DNA of 20,000 nucleotides from Welwitschia mirabilis (Eukaryota). The position numbers and the translations under genes were made by a program. Below, one piece after another: positions 13,672 to 20,000 of the stretch. Below the pieces are notes generated by a model that did not search any database, was not told the DNA's origin, and worked only from the letters and a program-made list of their open reading frames with translations. Numbering within the stretch: position 1 is the stretch's first letter; the number at the start of each line of letters is the position of its first letter. Where the stretch lies: contig JBOZIK010000001.1 in NCBI GenBank assembly GCA_051453625.1, positions 38,647,405 through 38,667,404 of the forward strand. The letters run 5' to 3'.

Positions 13672-14045
13672 TATTTTCTTTTCCCTCATGATATTGTATT
13701 TCAAAATCATCATTACAAAGAAACTCAATCTACCTTCTTTATTTAATATTTATGTCTAACTAATTGCAAATTCATTTAACACTTTGGCGATCAGTCCATG
13801 CTTGAAATCTTACACCACATAAATAGTGGTGCCATAATTTAAGAGAAAAGAGTACTTTTGTAACTTTTAAATTATGAACAAGATAATTTTTTTTATATGG
13901 CTTTAATTATCAAGATACGTAAGCTAGAACTCTCCTTTATTATTCCAAGACACATCCTAATCCTTCCCTTGAAGTATTGTTGTATATGACATATCATTTT
14001 CTTTTATCTAGGATTGCTAATATAGAAGCATTAGTCAATTATTAT
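13672..14045 (-). mobile_element. Degenerate Ty3/gypsy (Tekay-like) RNase H domain fragment
   Basis: One minus frame reads LTNASILAILD....YVIYNNTSREGLGCVLE**RRVLAYVS**LKPYKKNY.VHNL......FSLKLWHHYLCGVRFQAWTDRQSVK......*RR*IEFLCNDDFEIQYHEGKEN. This matches the consensus LTTAPVL..PD...VYCDAS..GLGCVL...VIAYASRQLK.HE.NYP.HDLEL...ALKIWRHYL...TDHKSLK...QRRW...YDFEI.YHPGKAN. Confidence 0.93.
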
Positions 14046-14371
14046 TTTCTTTTTGAGAAATGATAAATACATATATTATATTATCACAAAAGATAAGAAA
14101 AGATACTACATAGCTTAAAAGCTATTTTTCCAAGCTCAGTAGAAATCCCTCTAATAGTCAAATCCTCAAAATTAGCATCTAATTTTGTAAAACCTGGTTT
14201 CCAATTTTAATCAAAAATAGGCTTAATACTAGCATATCCTGAGGGGTTTATAGTAAAATAGTATTCATCAGGGGCAAAATTAGAATTCAGGAGCATGGGG
14301 CTATTTGGTAAGAGGACTAATAGTAATGGATTCGGTTTCCTCTTCTTCTACATCTTCTTCTTCTTAATACT

Positions 14372-14471
14372 NNNNNNNNNNNNNNNNNNNNNNNNNNNNN
14401 NNNNNNNNNNNNNNNNNNNNNNNNNNNNNNNNNNNNNNNNNNNNNNNNNNNNNNNNNNNNNNNNNNNNNNN
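14372..14471. other. Assembly gap (100 N, typical unknown-size placeholder)
   Basis: N run of exactly 100. Confidence 1.
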
Positions 14472-15419
14472 TTCTTAATACTTTTCCTCTTACACTTCTT
14501 CTTCTTCTTGCTGTTGTTGTTTAGTTTTTTTCTAGTTTTGGTGTGTTGTTAATGCACTTAGTAGACATGGGTAGATCACCTCTTTGTCATTCTATGTATA
14601 CTTCGGTAGCTCTCATAGTAATAGCTTTTAGATAGGCCCTCTTTCGGATATCTTACCACTCTAAAAATCTAGCATCAATCTACGTTTTTCTCTAGTAAAG
14701 AAGTGAAATCAACCCTTCATGTCTTACCTTGCAACCTTACAAAGAGAATCAAAGAGAGAAAAAAGGCAGATCTATTTGAAATTCCCCCATTATAATAGCT
14801 AGGAAGTGGAAGTAAAGCTTATTAATATTATCAAATTGACCTTCTAAGATGAATTAATTCATGATTAGAGTAGCCTAATCATCAAAGGGCCTTAGAAGAT
14901 ATTTTTTTTTGTAGCTTTCTTTTCTCTTCTACAAAGCTTTTTCTATCAATCTTTCAAAATTTAGAACTATGAATGCTTTAGGAGCACCTATTTTCAGCTC
15001 AATACCTTGAGAACCTATGTGGATGACACCATTTTAGTAAATTATATTGTTACCTGTGTGGGTAGATCTACCATTTTAGTTTCTAAAGAACTACTTTGAA
15101 AGATAAGGATCATGACCTTTAAGGCTTAGAACATCAGAGTTTCATATTGTAGCTTAGAAGGCCTCCTAAGTTTTATCATGATTTAGTAGCATGTCGTGCT
15201 TGGATGGCTTTATTCTTAAATATTTTCGCATGTCTTCTAATGTGTTGAAGTTGTGGTAACTACTCTGGCCTGATTCTGATGCTTCACTCTAACACTGTTC
15301 AAACACTCTTTACTATGCATTGCCCTGTAAATAGAACTTGGTTCTATTTGCAAGGTTTAGGCTACCATAATTTTTATAGACATGGATTTAATCTAGCTAT
15401 AAATAATGTTAAGTTTCAA

Positions 15420-17520
15420 TTTTGAAAGAGAGATTTTTTCCAGCTGCAAAATGATATTACATCTATGTTTCCATAGAAGCCAAGCACCAATAATCATGAA
15501 GTCATTTTTCTTGAAAGAATTGAAAGTATCTAAGCTAATTTGAGGTGGGAAAATATATTCAAAATTCTTCAAAGATCTTTTTTCAATAGAACATTGAATG
15601 AATAGGTGATTCTAAGATTCATTTTCTTCATGACACATAAGATAATCTTAATCAACTCTTAAATTTTTTTTATATGAGCTTATTTGCTATTGAAATGCAA
15701 TCCTTTAACATACACCACTAAAACATCTTAATTTTATGGGGAATATCTAGCTTCCATAATTTCTTCCATCTATAGTCATAATCAAATAAATTATAATAGA
15801 TTTTTAAGGTGTGTATTTTTCCATTTTGAATAGATAGAAATTTATTTTCAAAAACCTGAGGTCAAACTCTCTAGTGAAGTGAATAATGTGTCTAGTACCT
15901 TTCTTTATCTCCATAATTCTATTTAAAGAATTTCATCCAAAGAATATTGTTATTTGACAAAAACCTATAGTAATTCTTTACAAGGATGCATCTGCTCATG
16001 TCTATAGTTTCTCTAACTCCAAGGCCACCTACCTTTTTTAGCATATCTATTTGCTCAAAGTTTATAAGATGTAATCTATTGTGAGACTTGCCACCTGACC
16101 AAATGAAATCTTTCATAATATTATCAATCAAGTTGGTAAACTTATTGGATATAAAAAAGCAACTAGTAGATTAAATGATTATGCTTACTAAATAAGATTT
16201 GGCAAGGATGATTTTCCATACATTTGATAATAATTTATCCCATGTAGTTAATCAAGTTTCAGTTTTTCTTACTAAGGAAGGCTAAGGATTATCAACCATC
16301 TAATCAGAATCACAAAAAAACCTAAGATAAGTAGAATAGAAGTCTACTTACAAACATTGAAAAACCTTTAAGATGTCTACCTTCCTTTCCTGAGGAGTGT
16401 TAATAATAAAAATCTTAGATTGATACCAATTTATTACAAGGCCTGAAAAGTTATGAAACTCATTCAGGAGGTTATGATCTTATCATGCCTGAGGAAGGCT
16501 AGAGTCAAGACGTAAAAGAGTATCATCTGTGAACTAGAGAATATGATAAGAGGGGCCTAATTCAATAGCTTAGATCTAACTTTAAAATAAAAGTCTAGCT
16601 AAGGAATCCATCATGAGAGAAAAGATGTTGGGTCTGGGGAGGAGGAGGAGAAGGATCACCCTAACAGAGATCATTAATACCTTAAAAATAGTTGTATTTC
16701 TCATTATTAACCATAATAGAAAAGGTTGACATTAAAATGTAAAAGCAATTAATATGCCTAAGAGGTATAGGTAGACCATGCTCTTATAACACATAATCCA
16801 TTGTTTTCCACTAAACTATTTCAAATGCTTTGGCTATATTGACCTTGAGAAACATTACAAGTTTATTTTTTTATGACACAAATGGAAAATTTCATTATCT
16901 AAAATGATGTTGTCATGAATGACTCTACCTAATATAAAACTAGATTGATATGAGAGAACCATGTTTGAAAGGAGCATTTTAAGCTTGTCTGCAATAATCT
17001 TAGTGTAAATCTTATAAAAAATTGCGAAGATTGATTGGCCTATACTGATGAGGACTTTCTGCATCTTCTGTTTTACAAATAATGGTGACAAGAGTATCAT
17101 TGAAAGGTTTGTAAAAGGTACCTTTTGAAAAAGTTTCTTAAACTGCCGCACATACATCAAAGTTCATAATATCCTAGAAGTCTTGGTAGAATTCTATGGT
17201 GAGCCCATCAGGGTTCAGTGCCCTATTTTTTTTCATTAAGTTAATAGTATTTTTTATTTCATCCTCTGTGACTCTTTTGTTCAAGTAGCATTAGTACTCT
17301 TAAGTAATGAGAGGGCTAACTAGAACATTGCTTAAAACCACTAGTTTTTTTATAAAAGCGTTCTAGAAATATTTAACAAAAGAGTTAGTAATCTGAGTGT
17401 TGATCTCATAGCATGTTGTAGATGTACTCCATTGTATACTATTTTTTTGTCTGTGTCTATTTACCATTTAGAAAAAGAACTTCCTATTATGATCCTGATG
17501 CAATGCCAATTTATAAGAAT
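15420..17520 (-). mobile_element. Degenerate L1-clade LINE retrotransposon ORF2 (pre-RT linker, reverse transcriptase, zf-RVT); pseudogenised
   Basis: Minus-strand manual translation gives motifs collinear with plant LINE ORF2: DHNRKFF (GDRNTKFFH), VTEDEIKN, RALNPDGLTIEFYQDF*DI (KAPGPDGF..EFYQ.FW), HQYRPINLRN, YKIYTKIIADKLK...YQSSFILGRVIHDNII (ORF 16855-17160), LKVNIAKAFE (LKLDMAKAYD), DLC*GDPS (GLRQGDPLS), HIL*FTDDTLL at ~16513-16545 (catalytic FADD equivalent), FSGLVINW..S, IDNIMKDFIWSG...KKVGGLGVR (ORF 15919-16131), LWKLDIPHKIKMF, C..E.ES*NHLFIQC, AWLLWKHRC. Many stops and frameshifts. Confidence 0.95.
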
Positions 17521-18018
17521 TTGATGGTGTATTTTGAGTACCTTTGCAAGAAACTTATACAGGTTTGGATGCAATACTAGTGATTATGAAGAACTAATAG
17601 GATGATCACTAAAATGTGCAATTATTAGCATATTTGGAGATTTCTCAGGCTTATTCTGATACTATATACTTTGGAAGAAGGATTCACCATGCAAAAGACT
17701 AACTTACCTTTGAGATTGTAGGTAAGAAAGCCTGTTGTCCCCTCGACAAGTAGGACGATAATACTGCTGATGTGAAAAGAAGCTACAGGGTTGACAGTAA
17801 GGCTTGAAGTTGATGGAGTACCTTTTGACCTAGAGTGACTTCCCCTCTATTGTCCTCACAATAGTCAAGATGATAACTATATTTTTATGATCGGAAAGAA
17901 TTATCTTTGTAATGGGGTCTGTGACCCATTTGGGCTATTAGGGTTTCTTTTTTGAATTTTGGGATTGAGCTTCTAGAACTTTAATGTAAAACTATAAACA
18001 ACCTTCTCCTCCTTCATT

Positions 18019-18740
18019 NNNNNNNNNNNNNNNNNNNNNNNNNNNNNNNNNNNNNNNNNNNNNNNNNNNNNNNNNNNNNNNNNNNNNNNNNNNNNNNNNN
18101 NNNNNNNNNNNNNNNNNNNNNNNNNNNNNNNNNNNNNNNNNNNNNNNNNNNNNNNNNNNNNNNNNNNNNNNNNNNNNNNNNNNNNNNNNNNNNNNNNNNN
18201 NNNNNNNNNNNNNNNNNNNNNNNNNNNNNNNNNNNNNNNNNNNNNNNNNNNNNNNNNNNNNNNNNNNNNNNNNNNNNNNNNNNNNNNNNNNNNNNNNNNN
18301 NNNNNNNNNNNNNNNNNNNNNNNNNNNNNNNNNNNNNNNNNNNNNNNNNNNNNNNNNNNNNNNNNNNNNNNNNNNNNNNNNNNNNNNNNNNNNNNNNNNN
18401 NNNNNNNNNNNNNNNNNNNNNNNNNNNNNNNNNNNNNNNNNNNNNNNNNNNNNNNNNNNNNNNNNNNNNNNNNNNNNNNNNNNNNNNNNNNNNNNNNNNN
18501 NNNNNNNNNNNNNNNNNNNNNNNNNNNNNNNNNNNNNNNNNNNNNNNNNNNNNNNNNNNNNNNNNNNNNNNNNNNNNNNNNNNNNNNNNNNNNNNNNNNN
18601 NNNNNNNNNNNNNNNNNNNNNNNNNNNNNNNNNNNNNNNNNNNNNNNNNNNNNNNNNNNNNNNNNNNNNNNNNNNNNNNNNNNNNNNNNNNNNNNNNNNN
18701 NNNNNNNNNNNNNNNNNNNNNNNNNNNNNNNNNNNNNNNN
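18019..18740. other. Assembly gap (722 N)
   Basis: N run. Confidence 1.
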
Positions 18741-19373
18741 NCCTTTAGTGTTAGGCTAAGTCTCTTCTATTGAGATGCTGCTACTTTATTGTAAGTGGAT
18801 ATAAAGTTCTTTGAATCAATACAATTACTTTTTTCATTCCAATTTTATTTATGTCCCTTATGGTTTAAGTTGGTTATAGTTTAAGTGACGATTCTATAAT
18901 TTATTTAGATCATAAGGGTAACCTTTATAAAGGTTGATTATGTTAGTTTAAATTTGAATTATTATTTCATTTCGATTCCACATTGCATTCCATATTCTAT
19001 TTGATATATCTCATAGTTCACATTAATTAGAAATAAGTAGAGTATTCTTCTTAATTGATTTGAATTGTAGAGAGCTAGTTCTTATGATAGGAGAATTAGG
19101 ATCTAATATAATCCATTCCACTTCCATTTGCATTTCATCTCCATTCACTTTGCATTGCATTTTACCTTGTTATTTACTTTTAATTATTAAAAGATAAAAA
19201 GACTAAAAATACATTTAGAAATTAGTGCTCTAACACTGAGCTTAGTGCCTTCATTGGGATTACAACATTTGGATGAACTCCTGTCTATGTTAGTTGTGTC
19301 TTTCTGCAAGTAATTTAATTTACAGTTTTATCTAAAGGACTTCAGAATTGCATAAATTCACACTGTAACACTT

Positions 19374-19391
19374 TGATGCCATTGTTGGGAA
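19374..19391 (+). other. Degenerate tRNA-Asp primer-binding site of an Athila-like Ty3/gypsy element
   Basis: TGATGCCATTGTTGGGAA versus the Athila-type PBS TGGCGCCGTTGCCGGGGA: 12/18 match and all 6 mismatches are C>T or G>A transitions. It sits 3 nt after a putative LTR end ...GTAACA at 19370. Confidence 0.7.
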
Positions 19392-19928
19392 AGGCTACTA
19401 GAAGCTAGAGAATTGTCATTAACCAGATGAGTGCCTCAAATTTTCTGTTAAAGTTATTTATTTGAATTAGTATTTTATTTTTAGTATAACTTAGAATAGG
19501 TTTATTTCAGCAAATTTTATTTTCCATAGTTTTTAGGATTCTTGTCATCCTCTATGTCATCCCAATGACATTGTGCATGATAGTTCTACAATTTTGATTT
19601 CTTCTTTAGTAATTTTTCTTTTGTTTATAGTTTGTTAATAAAGTCACTGTCATCTTCTCTGTCATTGCTATGATAGCTTGGAAAATAGTCTAGTTTTTTA
19701 CTTTCAGTAATTTTTCTCAGTTTTGATTTTTTATTACTGTGATCATCGTCCTCCCTATTATCCCCACGACTAAGTGGATGACAGTCTATTATTTTTTATT
19801 TCTATTATTTTGTTTGCTATTTGAGCATACAGGGACATGGTAAATTCTGGTAGGAAGATAAAATATTAAAGAGAGTGAAACCTGATCAAAGAAAACATCA
19901 GAGAAGGAATATTTGACTTCGAGCTAAA

Positions 19929-19958
19929 TCTAGGTATGCACATTCTAGGTATGCAAAT
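19929..19958. repeat. 15-bp tandem duplication
   Basis: TCTAGGTATGCACAT followed by TCTAGGTATGCAAAT. Confidence 0.9.
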
Positions 19959-20000
19959 TCCCAAAATTGAAGAAGAAGATTTTTTGCTTTTATTATTTCA

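Larger units (their letters stand above)
18741..20000 (+). mobile_element. Athila-like LTR retrotransposon: 3' part of the 5' LTR (to 19370), PBS and T-rich 5' leader
   Basis: CA-ending LTR immediately before the PBS; CCTTCATTGGGATTACAAC at ~19248-19266 resembles the CCCTGTGGGATTCGAC-type motif near Athila-like LTR ends; T-rich non-coding leader follows. No gag recognised within the window. Confidence 0.6.

Noticed and set aside
13113..14552. ORF-track entries 13113-13691, 13120-13728 and 14295-14552
   Set aside because: They are open only because they run through N gaps.
18968..19165. Degenerate CCATT/GCATT pentamer runs resembling satellite DNA
   Set aside because: Short, irregular and inside the putative LTR; not an array.
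1..20000. CRISPR arrays, prokaryotic defence systems, retrons/DGR-type RT systems, rRNA or tRNA genes
   Set aside because: No regularly spaced repeats, operons or RNA-gene signatures; the RT present is a decayed eukaryotic LINE RT.

Overview
Very AT-rich, CpG-depleted eukaryotic DNA, almost certainly a land plant, from a draft assembly with three N-gaps (13135-13671, 14372-14471, 18019-18740). I found no intact host gene, RNA gene or prokaryotic feature. The window is mostly decayed retrotransposons: (i) a 5'-truncated L1-type LINE ORF2 remnant on + (~9130-10400); (ii) a Ty3/gypsy chromovirus (Tekay/Del-like) pol remnant on -, covering RNase H, integrase and chromodomain, with a degenerate polypurine tract (PPT) and 3' LTR start (~11520-14045); (iii) a second, different L1-type LINE ORF2 remnant on - with recognisable RT motifs (~15420-17520); (iv) an Athila-like LTR end with a degenerate tRNA-Asp primer-binding site (PBS) at 19370-19391; and several weaker LTR-like tracts in the first 9 kb. 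All coding remnants contain stops or frameshifts. All translations and family calls were made by eye against remembered consensus motifs, not by database search, and boundaries are approximate. I cannot support a novel biological system here. The most notable oddities are two ~74%-identical RNase H segments either side of a gap, an unassigned Glu-rich coding remnant (~14090-14560), and a non-TE-looking island around an (AG)28 tract (~7000-8400).
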